A DNA stretch of 64,000 nucleotides, taken from Marsupella aquatica. Taxonomy: Eukaryota; Plantae; Marchantiophyta. The DNA is taken from contig OZ316891.1 of NCBI GenBank assembly GCA_973895155.1, positions 11,223,875 through 11,287,874 of the forward strand, written 5' to 3'. How positions within the stretch are numbered: the stretch's first letter is position 1; every line of letters begins with the position of its first letter. Of this stretch, positions 13,781-27,241 are shown piece after piece. Below the pieces are notes generated by a model. The model searched no databases. It had not been told where the DNA came from and saw only the letters and a list, made by a program, of their open reading frames with translations. A program made the position numbers and the translations under genes.

Positions 13781-15036
13781 CATATGGTCTACTTGCAATT
13801 CAAAAATATCTTTTAATTTGGCTTTCAAAATCTGTGGCTTTGAAACAAAATGTCATATTCAGACTTTCCATGTTAAAAAGTATATCTCTCACACAAGACG
13901 AGAGATAAGTCAAGTGAAGACCGCGGAAGAAGCCATAAGGTGCCCAGGGATTTTTGTCTCCTTCTGCAAGTTACGGTTGTTCAATGATGTAATAGTCTTG
14001 TTAAATGATTTTCAAGGAAAAAGGAAAACATAAACAGCCTGCTTGAAGCTCAAAATCATGGATACTTTTCCAACGCAATCAAAAACTAGTATCACCTGAA
14101 ACTAGGAGTCTGTCAATCGTTGTGATGTTCTGAATACTTGAAGTCAGGGTCACATCAATCGTTATTGCTACATGTGAAATTTGAATCTACAAACAAAACT
14201 CGCAGATGTATGAGACAGAATATACAAGTAATGAAACGCAATCCTCAGAACTGCTTCTCAAGGTTTGCCTGATAATGCAACCAAGTGGAGACAAACTTTA
14301 ACAGAAAGAAGAACAATGACAGCTAACTACGTGACATTGATAAGTCCGGCTAATGCGAACGCTGCGTCTTCTGTCTATGTATATCTACATGGTCTTCAAT
14401 ACGTCGATCCCTTCCAGTCGTATGTTAGAAGTAAGGAAGATAGTTCAGATTGACAGAAGTATTAGGTGTTTTTCGGCCTCAAACTTTCAAATTAAAATTG
14501 CATGTCAGAACTATTGTGTTCCTTAAATGCAAAGCAACTTGTCAAGGCACCTCGTCTCCATGGCTTGTTCTAGTGATACAGCGTTGAATGAAAAAATCAA
14601 ATTCAAGATGAGTATGTACAGCACAATATGGGCTGGTGACAGGAAGCACGCGAACAGTGAAAATTTTGAAGCCTGTTTTCTCCTTAAACATTTCAAACCC
14701 TTTTCCAATCCTTTGTACAGTGTAATCCTATAGCTATCTTACATACGAGTGATAAGAAACTTCTACATTGAAAAATGGCCTTTCAGATTGCTGTCTAGGA
14801 AAGCCGGCTTTCACCACCAAATTTCGCACGCTTTGTAACTCGGGGTGACCACTACCACTCCATTAGCTCGGAATGAAACAGGGGCAGATGTTGACTTATA
14901 TTTCAACCAAGAATCAGCAGAACCCTCCGCATTGAGACCTCTGCATAATAGAAATAGCGAAGAAGTTTCCGATGGGGAAATCTAATACTTGCAACGACGT
15001 GTTGTAGAAAAGTGACATCTGCGTTAGAAAACTGTC

Positions 15037-18000
15037 TCAGGCAACTGGAACCGTAAGAGGGACGCCAGGTTCAGGTCGTAAAACCTTTATATTCGGTAGC
15101 TTTTTGCGCAGCAGCTCCTGTAAAATACAAATGTTTATTGAACATCACAAACGAGGACTTCAAGCAATTTATTTGAATTTCCTGTTACTCTCTACTTTTG
15201 CTTTCAAAAGGTACAAAAAGTGCGAAGTCGAGCTTGGAAGGAATTTTCTCAACCTCACCCAAAGTGAATGACTCACAAACATTGAAAGTATACACTCAAA
15301 AACTTCTGCTCACAAATACAGGCTACACAGTGTCCCTACTTTAGCAAACATGAACGGATCTTTCAAACATGTACCTCGAAACTGTCAGTTGTCCCTGCAG
15401 TACGAACGAGTTTGGACAGGATCCCTGTGGTAGTTAATTCCCCATTTTTCATTGTGACTACAAACCTGCGGGCAAAGCGAACAACCTCCATCGTGAAACA
15501 TTCAAGCGATCTCTACCATATCCTAATGCTTATGCTAAGATGATGGTGAGCATTGCTGTCTGACAGTTACTGTACCTAGACAGTTGTTTCCACTCGAGCT
15601 GATACTTGGCTACCAGACAGAAACACAGATGAAGCAAATAGACTAATGTTTAAGGGAAATCGCTTGATAGAAATCATCCAGTCTGATGAATTCTGAATAC
15701 TACTATTCTGAATAGAGCAGCTACGTGCACATACTTGGGTTTAAGCCACTCAGCAACTTTCACAGCATCCTCCTGTCCAGACACCAGTGTGTATGCTGGC
15801 AGAACTTGCTTGATGACGGGGGTGACAATAACGTCTACTTCTTGTTCTTGTTGTAGATTGGCATTCTCAAAAACACAGTGTGGCTCGTAATATAAACTGA
15901 ATTTGGGTTCCTTAACATCAATGAAATACCTGCACATTGTAAGAAAACATTAGTGTCCTCTATTAAATTGAGCGACGTGTTAATATAAGCTTCAGACCTC
16001 GAAAGAATTCAAATGGATTAATGACTCAATCTGTGCTACTCTAGGAAAAATCACAGATTGTTTCCAATAGAGTTCATTGATTGCAGCTTTGAAGTTTATG
16101 TTTGTTTTCAGTTTTTGCCTCGTTTGAAGTTCTTGTGTTTCTGTTGTGGTGAACGTGACACTGCATACGTATGGAGGGAACTATTTGGTTTCGACAGATG
16201 GTTGCTTACCCACTCTCTGGCCGTTGCCAAGGAGGGCCCAGAATTGGACCTGGGCTTGCCCTAACGACAACATCTGTGCCATTCTTCGCTTTCAAAGTGA
16301 TCCTCTCTCCTGCAGGCTCCAAATAAGTGACCTGTTCCAAACGAGTTCGGTCAACCTTTCTGGTACTGTAAGTATATATCTAAATTATGTACGAAACAAC
16401 ACCTTCAGCTGGCAGCTCTCATGAAAGCTAGAAAACTTTTATGGATAACAACGATGTAAAGGGAAAGTTCAGGTAAGGCAGAAGTGGAACACGTACCTTC
16501 TTAAAATATTTACTTAGAATTTTTTGAGCGTTTGGTGAGGAAATGACTTGCAAGTCAGGCATTAAGCGAGAGAGTGGTCCTATTGTATTCTCATGGCAAT
16601 GATCATCGTATCCCTGAGTTATGAGCAGATAATCTAGCTTTGGTAGATCCTCCAACTGCAGCAATGTGGACAAGAAAAAATGAGTCTGTAGCTGTCTGCC
16701 ATGATTAGATCTTCTTTTCTACAATCAAGTTGTCAGTACTTTTTTCAATCCACCAACATCTTCGAAAAATGACTTTGAATACTAGCTACTTGAAGCCCTG
16801 TACCTAATAAATACTTCATGTAAACGACAGCCCTAAGATAGTCGAGACCTTGAAATCTTTGTAGACTGTCTTTGCTCCATCGTAAAGCCATGGAATTCCG
16901 AAGTCAAGATTTCCCACTAAGACTGGATCAACCAGAACTTTTAGTCCCATAATCTCCCAAAGCCAACTGTTACCCTGCAAGAATCATTCAAAAACCCAAG
17001 GCACTTTTAGAAACAAGACCGAATTAGTATTGAGCACAACATTCCGCGCCATATTCAATTAAACTAATTACACAACCTTCCTGCTGTCCAGAATCATCTA
17101 TGAAAACTGAGCCCACCATGTACGTGGTAGTCACAGAGAGTTGGTGTTAACCTCGAGATATGTCATCACCAAGGGAGAACCAGTCTCCGGAAGCAGTTCC
17201 TCAGTTTGAATTGCACCTTCAGTAGTAGAACTCTGAGCAGTAGCCATAGTTCTGCTCCTGTAGTTTGAATTCGACCGGCTGCGAACAACAACGACAACAT
17301 CTCTGTAGTGTTAGTCCATTGGCTCCCACTCACTCTAGTTGAAGATAAGAGTACGTCCATTACAAAATAATTGGCAACTTCTGATGAGTGCATGCAAACA
17401 CACAACTAATTCATAGCCAGGTACCAGGCCAACCATGAACTCCACGATGGAAAGTCTCATCCTGTGGCAATTGCGCGTTAGAGATCAATTCTCGCAGTCT
17501 CAATACCTCAACAGCCCCCACGACCACTATCTCTCGCTCGTTGTCAGATCAAGCACCACAATCTAGGAATTGTACTAGTAGTTCACTCAGGACAATAGTA
17601 AAAATCTTTTATTATATAAATTGCTTTTCATTGCAATGAAGGTGAACTGTAGGTCAGTATATTTGAAAGATTTCAATGAGGTCATTGATGACCTGTCCAG
17701 AGTAGGAGTGGAAATCAATGCACAATTTCAACATTGGTATAATAGTCAGGGTTTCGCATATATTGGGGAGCAATTCTAAATCAGCAGAAACCTTCTTGAA
17801 TAAAGCAATCAATGCTGTCTTTCAAATAGTTATGAACTACTTTCAGCTCATGTGCCTGCTCAAATAACGAACACCAAATCAAGAAGGTGGAATCTAGAAG
17901 TAGAAAAGCGACATAAAATATTTATCAAATGAAATGAGGAAATCTTGAAGGAATTCCGTGAATGAATTCTGAAAATAATTTGAAGTTTAGACGAGAAGCG

Positions 18001-18278
18001 ACTTGTGATTTCATGTCCAAGGAGACTCCAGCGGGGAATGGGACAGAGTCGACAGAGCGACAGAGAGCATGATACCTGGGAGGAAATCTGCAGCTCGCGC
18101 GGCTCCAAGTCAAAGCCCCTCGTTCAGACGCATGAGAAATAGGCAGACTAAGACAGGGGATCGAAGAGCATGCCAACGAAGAAGCAGAACGAAACGACGA
18201 CTGAGGCAAAAGTGAGCAGACTGCCGGCGAACACAAAGACGAAAGATACCCAGCCACTGTTCCCGTTCCTGCTGCCAT
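15037..18278 (-). CDS. Metallo-beta-lactamase-fold hydrolase with probable plastid transit peptide; 8 exons: 18278-18076, 17278-17152, 16974-16849, 16655-16497, 16331-16210, 15929-15735, 15465-15375, 15117-15037
   Basis: All introns GT-AG and phases join in frame. Motifs MTYLE-GNSWLW, VLVDPVLVGNLDFGIPWLY, LLITQGYDDHCH, GPILGPPWQRPESGY, YYEPH, LVSGQEDAV; Ser-rich N-terminus; TGA at 15037-15039. Confidence 0.92.
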
Positions 18279-20324
18279 GGCAGCAATCCTCCGTCGTCTC
18301 CTCTACTACACTACAACCTCGAGAAATTCCTTCAAACTCAAGGTCTCTGGAGGTTGCTTTTAAAATTCCTTTTCCTAGGCCTGTTCTTTCCAATTCTTCC
18401 TCTGCAATTCGTTCAATTGGGTTATTGTCTGCTCTGATTCCTCTTCCTCTGTCTCCGTCGCCTCATGCGCCGCGCCCTCTCTGTCGATGAGACACCTCGT
18501 CTCGACCTTTGATCGAGCAGCATGCTGTTGTTCGGTGGTGGAAGCTCTGAGCTCGAACAAATGGCTCAGCTTCGATGGAGGCTCGTGGCGCAGAAACGGC
18601 CGTTTATCCTAACTAATTTTGTGCCAAGTGGAAATGGATGAGAGCCGGTCTGCCGGTCTGGCCCGGTCTGTGGAGCAGAGCGCGGGTGCGGTCGGCGAGG
18701 TTTGAACGCGAGACCACTGTTGGCTTCACGGACGGGCCCCACATTTATTTTTTCTAGGCTTTTTGACGTTAGCTGTTGCCTTTGTTTTGTTTTGTTTGTT
18801 TTGAGGTATGCATTTGTGCTCTTCTTTTAATTAAACCACAACTCCCGGTATTTAAGGGCCCTGCCGTGCAACCGGGGGTCCTTTCATTCTATACTCTGCT
18901 GCCCGGGCCCACCCACTGCTGCTGCCCGAGCCCACCGTCCTGCAATGCTCTGGGCCCCACCTTTCTGACGCGCAATATTTGTTTGTGATCGTATGCTAGT
19001 CCTGGGCCCTCTCGTGTGCTTGTCCTGTGAAGGACTCGACTATTTTACAAAGAGATTTAAATTTTTGCACAGATGTTCAGGAATTGCATCCTGCCAGTTG
19101 TGTTGTCCCTTCGTCCTCCATGGCGGATGCTTCAAAGCTGTCCTCCTCCATGGCGGATGCATCAAGGTTGTCGTCCTCCTGTCCGCCTCCATATCCAGTG
19201 CTCAATAGGAGGAGTTGCAGCATAAAGCCTGCAGCTCGATGCAAGTTCTCACAATGTCTCCCTTCTAATTTCTTGATGTCTGAAGTTTGAAGTGACGAAG
19301 GTCCCAGGCATCTATCTTGAAGCTGTCCGAAGTTGTCCCGTTTCTGTGAAGAGCGATCTGCAATCTAGACTCTCAGGTGATCAGCCGCTGAAAATTCTTG
19401 AATCTATTTCTCTTGCTTGGTTGCTTTGTGCCGATGCATCGTTGCTTTTATGCAGCTCTTTCATTCAGGAGTGGGATGAGATATAAGGACATGAGCTACG
19501 CTGTGAGAAGGAAGAGTGAGAGTGATTTCTCTTTTTTAGTTCATAGACCATGATACGGGGATGAAGCTCTTGGAGTTATGATAACTCCTGAAGCCTAAAG
19601 GCAAGGATTGATGAGGGCGCAGCTATCCTCACAACTCATATAATTTCCTATTTCGCAGTCTGAGACAGCCACTGTACAACGATGGCTTCCTTTTCCAACA
19701 TCTCTCGTGGACTTTGAGAGATATGAGGAAAGTCAGTTCTCACCATAGAATCAAGACTTTCCTGATAGCTGCAGAGATCTCTCCTGATAGAGCGAAATTA
19801 TCTCTTTGTAGCCAATTTCTATGGTGAGAACCCAAGAGCAATGCTCTGAGAATGCAGAATGCAGGTTTTCCTTCCTGGCTATGGCCGCCGACCGCGGAGT
19901 AGTAGTCGTGCCGTGCTCAACTCGCGGACTCTTTTGAGTAATCCTGCGCAGGGTGAATGTCGACGTCCTTGCATCCTTCTATGATCCCCTGCATTTGTTC
20001 ATAAGCCTAAAACATTTCACACTCACCAATACCTCCTAAGGGAGCCACTGGTATCTCACTCTCACAAGCACAGCCCCGACCCAGGTTCAAGGCCCGACAG
20101 CGACACTTCAACTACGGCTTCATCAGCAAATCAACTTTTGTCCCCTCCACAAGGCCACAAGTTCGGACCCCTCTAGAATACCACAAGATTAGACTATTTT
20201 TGTCCCTTCTAGAAAGCCACAGGTTTAGACTACATTGTAGAAGTTGAAACAAGGGCTCATAATAGTCCTTTTATTTAGGAAAAAACTTTATTGTGCCTTT
20301 AGGCATAAAGTAAATTTTTGCCAT

Positions 20325-20515
20325 TGTGCCTAGGTTACTAACATGTGACCCATGCACTAATTTCTTGTAGTCAAGTGAAATAAGTAGTTTTTGCCTTTGT
20401 GCCTTGGTTACTAACATGTGAGCCATGCACTCGGTTGATAGTCTTGAAATGGAATAAAGTAGTTTCATTGGGCCTTTGTGCCTTGGTTTAATTACTAACA
20501 TGTGAGCCATGCACT
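20325..20515. repeat. Three copies of a ~75-90 bp unit containing ttactaacatgtgagccatgcact, upstream of the KolX-like ORF
   Basis: Motif at ~20335, 20408 and 20492. Confidence 0.8.
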
Positions 20516-20737
20516 AATTGTTTTGTCTTCAAGTGGAATAAACTGGGGAGCGCCTTTGTGTCTCTCTTACTAATTGTTTTTTTGTCTTCAAGTGACATTA
20601 TATCTTTTGAAGTGGGATATACAATAAACTGTCTTTTATAGATTTGTGTTATACTCCTTATTTTTTGAAAGTAGTAAAATACTTCAGGATCCCTTGACAT
20701 GTGCTATGCAATTTTTATTTTTTTGTCTTCAAGTGAC

Positions 20738-20738
<1 letters not shown>

Positions 20739-20797
<59 letters not shown>
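20739..20797. repeat. (TA)n microsatellite
   Basis: ~29 TA units. Confidence 0.95.
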
Positions 20798-20801
<4 letters not shown>

Positions 20802-20941
20802 TCTGGGGTTTAGTGTCAACATTTTTTGTGTTATTCTTTGAAATGGGGATCAACCCTTCAAAGGTTTACATGTGCGTTTAGGGTAACCCCTGTTTAGAAA
20901 CCTGCCTCACCTCTTCAACATGAGTGTTCCTATGCAGCAAC

Positions 20942-21322
20942 ATGGATCGCAAGCGTGGTGTCCGTGTCAAAATGACTAAACTCAATGATGGGCTATACAA
21001 GTTGAGCTGGCAAGAGCTCAATTCACCCGACCATGCCCCTTTCATGAACCGCACCACTTCCTTAGTGGAAATCCAGAGAGACTTCCCTGAGTGGTGGACT
21101 GTAGTTCAATATTACCATCTTGCCCTCAACCATACAGGTCCCTTGTCAGACCTTTGGACTTGTGCCGCATATAGTTATTGCGAGTCATTCATGCGACGGA
21201 AAAGATTTCAAGTCTCTACACACTTGGCTGATGTTTGTGGATCAACAAATAGAGCCACCTTACCCCAACCTATCAAGGATGTCATACTTGCGACTTGGCC
21301 GGGTGAGGGTGAAGAGGAATAA
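20942..21322 (+). CDS. KolX-like protein (P2X7 intracellular-domain-like), second ORF of a Kolobok-like transposon
   Basis: WTCAAYSYCESFM...CGSTNRATLPQPIKDVILATWP resembles the KolX/P2RX7-C pattern R-x-AAY...LG-x2-NR-x2-LP-x-C-x3-IR-x2-FP; convergent with the transposase. Confidence 0.6.
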   Translation: MDRKRGVRVKMTKLNDGLYKLSWQELNSPDHAPFMNRTTSLVEIQRDFPEWWTVVQYYHLALNHTGPLSDLWTCAAYSYCESFMRRKRFQVSTHLADVCGSTNRATLPQPIKDVILATWPGEGEEE

Positions 21323-21730
21323 TAGTACCCATGGCACTAGACCTTATGTAAGTCATTCGCACCTATCCTATTTGACATTACATAATAATTAAGGGAACAT
21401 TATTTTTATATTATGGTGCTAAGTCTATTATGGGGACCCTTGTTGCTTGCACTATGATCTAATATTCCCATATGGGGTTTTCTCATTGAATTGAGCTATT
21501 TATAAGAGTGTTCCTCAAAAGATACATGTTGCAAGCATCATCACTAAACACTTTATGTTATTGCTTTATTTCCTACAATTAATTGTGTTTGGGATCATAT
21601 CTACATATATAAAAGTGAAGTTTTGGCACATCTTTTCAATTTTCAAGAATACCAAATATGTGGAATTGGTCAACTTTTTGCAATCAAGTTCCAAATTTAC
21701 AACCTAATACTCCAAAGGGTTTTACATGAC

Positions 21731-23763
21731 TGATGTTGAAAGTCAAAACTATGAAAACCTATGGTAGCTAGACTGAGTATTTTGCTATTGAGGATGGTGA
21801 CTGGGTATTGCCCAAATCTGACACCCTCCTTGTAAGTAGTGGGTAATTCCAAAAGCATGAAGAAACTGAAAATTTTTAAATTTTTTACGGTGTTTAGACT
21901 GCAATTATTGCTAACTGTAACTAAAACAGCATTCAAAGTTACTAAGTTCCTAAGTTACGAGTAAACTCAGTTTACGAGTTTACTAGTTCACTGCTTTACG
22001 AGTTACACCTTAAGATTTGGCGACTCTGTGATCGTGACATCTTACAACTAGTTCAACGGGACTCCACAACGGATGAAGAGCTCACCTTGAAAGGGAAGGA
22101 ATGCAAGACATAGGCGCTCATTACTGACTTCTCTTCCACCTTACCTCTCAAACTCTGCCCAGCTTCAACCGGTATTTCAGAGATGTCAAATGGAGACTTC
22201 GACCCTTCTATTCCAGGATGATGAGTAGTGATGAGTTCCTGTTTCATTATCCTCAAGTGTATGCTGCTACCTGCAACAACTATGATGTGATCGGGATGTA
22301 CAGAGAAGCTCTTCGTATAGATTCATGTTATTTGATGAAGAGAATGCCTTTGATGTACCCTGAGAGACAACTGAGGTGCCTACCATACTCCAGAGGATCC
22401 CCACGCCAAGCTAAGCTGATAGAGGTTACCCAGAACCGAATTGTTACCCTTGTGGAGTTACTAGAACCAGAGGACATCCGACAGCAAGCTTGAAGAAGTC
22501 TCTAAGTGTTCTTAGTTAGTTTTTAGAGTAGTGCATCTTATCTGATTTTTAGAAATGTGTTCTAGAGCTTTAGAAGCTGTCATACTTCTTTAGTGTATAG
22601 TCTGTACCTAGGAAAACCTCCTGGCAAAATCTCAGAGTTTTCTGACTTATAGTTAGGAAGTTAAAAATAGTTGAATTCATCAAGTCTTTACTTTACCGCG
22701 ATTACGAGTTACGACTTAGCTTTTACTAGTTTAAGAGTTACTAGTTTCCGATTACGAGTTCCGATAGACAACCGATTACGAGTTAATAGTTACTAGTTAC
22801 GAGTTCATACTTAGCCATTTTTCCGGCTTTTCACTTACTGAATCGCCATTTTAAAATTTTGAGGGGTATGAAGAGGCATGTCTCTTCGACCCTGTGACCT
22901 CTCACTCAGTAGATTTTTACTATAAGACCCCTCTACCACTAGTGTAGATGATGGTTAAGTTTTGCAGTTTTGCCTCTCCCTTGTGTTAAACTAGTTGATC
23001 ATGAATCTATGAGTTCGAGATCAGGTTTAACATTTGGAGAGACTTACCTCCTTCTTGTATTTTGGAACCCAAATACTTGAAGTAAAACCTCAGTTATGAA
23101 TCTCGTGAATTATAATGTCAGATTCCGCTTTGGTGACACATTGTAATCTCACAAGTTCTTAGAGTTAACTCATTGAGTTTAAGTTGCATTGGAAATGATG
23201 TTTTCACCTTCATGTTGCTTAGTACCATCTAAATGCTGAAGTATTTATCCTTTTAGATCTTGACTAAGTATCACTTAGGAAGAAAGGTCAAGACATGTTG
23301 CCGGCATTTTAAAAGGATACTCTAGTATGCAGTTTAGATCTGAAAAGCCGTGTGGATTTGGATTCCCTTAAAGTTATTCCATTATTACTTATGTCTAAGG
23401 AGTAACCTTGGTCTATTCCAGACTCCCTTAGCATACTCTAAGAGATTTTTCCTTGTGTTTCGTTAATTGCAACCTTTTGCTTAATTGATGGTTATATGAT
23501 GTTGAGTTATCATCAAAAACTGCTCACCGCTGTGGAGCGATCTTCAAAATACCTTAGTAAAGTAATCAATCCTGATTACTATGTGTTAAAGAGAGTCTTT
23601 AAACTCTCATTTGTGTTTTTATGTATCAAATCAACCCCATCTTGTTCTTTACAGGAACGAATACCGAGTTTGAAGACCTTTAAATGTGTTTTTGGTTCTT
23701 CATAGCAAACTACACTCCTAAACACAACCGCACCCAAGAAATCATTCTGCAGGAGATTCAACA
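21731..23763. mobile_element. Probable ~2-kb solo LTR inserted between the KolX and transposase 3' ends
   Basis: Begins TGATGTTGAA and ends TTCAACA; CATGA on both flanks (21725-21729, 23764-23768; one-base offset on the left); internal ttacgagtt/ttactagtt motif arrays and a TATA-like tataaga at 22921. Confidence 0.5.
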
Positions 23764-23854
23764 CATGAAGACATTAGTGTAAATTCTACATGCCCAAAGT
23801 CAAGCAAATATTTCAGTCCAAATATGACAACAAAGCTATACCTGGGAAAAAATA

Positions 23855-26800
23855 CTAGGATCTTGGAGGTGTGACTCCATAAAGACGCTGGCTAGTACAA
23901 TACTTCCAGCGTTTGCTTGGCTCCACCATTACCCGAACCCGGGCCGGTCTCTCCCTAACAGCAGTGTTCACCGGCACACGAGAGTAGATCTTCCACACAG
24001 GACGACCAATGTTTTCATTCCAGTCCAGAGCAGCACAAAACAACCGTGCTTCGTGAGATGCTGGAAAGTGAATGCGTTTGGTGGCAAACTTCCCCATCAC
24101 AGAATGAAAAGTCTCGGACATGAAGTTTTCTCTTGCCATCGTGTAAAAAGCCATCTTTGTAGGAGTAACGTACTTCACCATGAAGTTCTTCACAGCTACA
24201 TGTGTTACTGAATCTGAATATGGGACATAAACAAAAAATGAAGCATTATTTAAGTATCTCCAAAATGAGATAGTAGGAAGACATACAAAATAGCTCGGAA
24301 TGTTTTAGTATATTATGCACTAACCTCGTGCATAATATAAATCCACCTGTGGAGAGGCTCCATCTTCCTGAAGATGGTGGCATGGTCGATCGGAGAAAGC
24401 CATGCATTTACTATGATCACCCGCCCAATGGTCTGCGCAATTACCAAACTCAGAAGCCAATGATGTACCATCTCCTCCCCTGCACCACAACATAATGTCA
24501 AAGCTTAGTGCTACATAATTTGCCAATTTCAATAATGCCCTATGCCAAGTTCAAAATACACAAAAAGTAGTTCAACTTACATGTTCTTGGCCCTCCTAGC
24601 ACAAACATAGAACCAAGTCTTAACCTTGGTTGCAATATGATGTAGGGTAAGCTCAGGGTGCTTTAGCCCATGAGTGACTATGGCTACCAAAGTCTCCTCA
24701 GGTGCCAGTCCTCTCATGTCTGCCACCAAATGAAGCAAGCCATCTTTTTTGAGTCTAGAATACCCTCTCACCCTCCTTGCCTTCAGCCAAGCTTTCAAGG
24801 CACTTGCAGTGGCTGCTTGCAGCTGCGACCTGGTTGTCATGTATACCCACTCAGTACAAGTAAAGTTTAGGGGAAATAAATAAAACTTTGGGGAAAACAA
24901 GTCCAAATACCAAATTGCATAAATTCGCTTACCTAGTGGTGGCAGTATCAATATCAATGTGCAAGGTGAACTTGGCTTTTACCAACTTGTCTACAAACTT
25001 CTTGACCAAGTTTTTTGCCTTGTGCCACAAATCCTTTTGGTTCGCAATCCCAAGGTCCTCAATGATAGAGTCTACTGTAGAATTGTCATCATGAATGACC
25101 TCCTTGATGATAATCCCATTGTCGCGAAGTCTCTCAAGGGCTTTCCTGGTCCCAATCTCCTCATGGGTCCATGAGTTGGACTTCTCCTTCCTACTTGTAG
25201 TCACAATCTCTATGACCTTGTTATCTTCCATATTGATAACTGAGACAGTGCCATGGTAACCGCTACGAGATGAATCCCATCGACAATCCAGGTACACCAC
25301 TAGGCCAGGATCTGTCAACAATTCAAGCAATATTCACAAGTCACCTTCAGATATTAAACTGGTCATTGAAAAGACAACAACACCCAACCACAAAGGTAGA
25401 TTGAGAGAGAACTAAACCCTCACTAACGTTCTTTGCCAATTTGTAGTTGTGTCTGTAGCCCCTCACAAAGCTTGTGCCACAAGTCCCTCTTGGTTTTCTC
25501 CCATTCATCCTTGATTGCTTGAATCCATCCAACTCTGAGGGAATCCCCGGTCTGAAAATCATACCAATGACGTGAAGTAGGGACATATAGACCCAAGTGC
25601 GATGTGATACCCACAAGAGCTGTATATGTCAACCCTGTGCATAATGTGGAATGATAAAGTTGAGAAGTAACCAAAGGTGATCCCCCCCGTGGCTCTAACT
25701 CACCTGTAATGAAAGGCCAGTCATGACCACTCTCCCCACAACCAACTCGGATGGACCAGAGTTGTTGGAACTCTCTAATATGCTGCACCCTAGGAGTCAA
25801 AGAGCAACCGGGGATGTGACATGTAGGAAGGAGTTTATCAACAAAGTCAGACACCAAGTGTCGTTGTATGAACCCTACTCTAGCAGGCTTGCGTGGACGT
25901 GCTCTCGATGTAGGCTGGGAGTCTAGTACCACATCCGCCTGGGAATCCACCACCTCAGCAAGAATAGGTTGAGAATCCAACACAATCTCTGGGTCATGTT
26001 GATGTACTCCGGAACCAACTGGGGCAGTCTACAATTAATTGGTAGGCAACAAACATAAGCCACCAAAAGTATTTGGCCAACAGAAACAGTCACAATAGAG
26101 CATCTCAAAAACTTGATAATAACTGGTAAATACAAACATATTTTCATATACACTCAATTTGTAAAGACTTCTTTCATTCAAGTACTCAAAACATGAAATT
26201 GAGTAATTGTGGACAAAGGTAGCACGTGTGAAATACCTCCATCCCTAGAGCCACCAAAGCATCAGGATCATCATCTCCAAAAAATTTCTCGTCCTCACTC
26301 ACAAATGATCCATACTCATCCTCATGGACGTCGTACTGATCAGGATTCCAATCAACCCCTAAATATAAGATTTTAGTTTCACAAAGGAAATCAAAAGCCC
26401 ACATAGGAAATGACATGTAGTTGGACATTCTAGAATAGAATATTGACAACCTCTGAGAAGAGACCCTCCTCGAATAGACCTTCTGAAAATAGTGGCTCTA
26501 AAACAGGGGGCGGTTGCTGAAGCTCAGCTTGAGCATGCCTAGCAGTGTCGGGGTCTCTCATCTCCTCCATCTGAATTGTGCCACCAAATAAGCTCAGGTG
26601 ATTGGTATTTGAGAAATCCCAATAGGAGGTATACTACTTATGTGTTTGGGTGGTGTTTAGTTGTGAGTTAAACATGGTATTACAAATATTGAAACAAAAG
26701 GAACCCTAAACTGTTTTCAAATTGAACCTTATTTCGTGACGGACATACACCCCTAACAGACAATAAAAACAAACATCAATTGAGGGCTCTTGGAGAATAC

Positions 26801-27241
26801 CTGGAACCACCTCATAAGATCTATGGTGTGGCTCGTTGGATCTGGCTCCAAGGTTTGTGCTATGGCTACACTGGGTGGACCCCCCTGCTCAACGGGTCCC
26901 TCAGGTGCAAATGCCTCCTCTAAGATTGATCCTGCCTCTGCAGCTCGGTACCTCCTCAAGTGCTCAATATGCTCATGCGACATGTCAAGTAGCCAATGAA
27001 TAATCGTGGCATGTGTCGTATCCGGATCACCTCCCAATAAAAGCCTCAACTCCTCCCACTCATCCCACCGCTCAAGTGGGACCCGGATCGGAGGCTTGGC
27101 ATCTGGTCTCCTCCTCTTCTTGTAATCTATGTCATCGCTTGGATACTTTGGTCTCGAAGGACCACCACCCCGAGGAGGACATCTACGACGGGCAGCCAGA
27201 AGGTCAGGTGGCTGTCCCTCGGGATCACCTGCTGTACTCAT
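23855..27241 (-). CDS. Multi-exon Kolobok-type DDE transposase with N-terminal Cys/His finger and an inserted Rho-N/SAP-like helical motif
   Basis: C-x4-C...C-x4-H finger (25423-25983 ORF); YLDCRWDSSRSGYHGT (D1), EVIHDDNS (D2), KDLWHKAK, SETFHSVMGKFATKRIHF..ARLFCAALDWNEN (E). GT-AG junctions between the catalytic-region exons (~25427/25312, 24933/24829, ~24581/24479, ~24324/24212) keep the frame; 5' exons less certain. Confidence 0.8.

Noticed and set aside
18990-19950. Possible decayed TE coding region on the minus strand
   Set aside because: No identifiable domain in any frame I read
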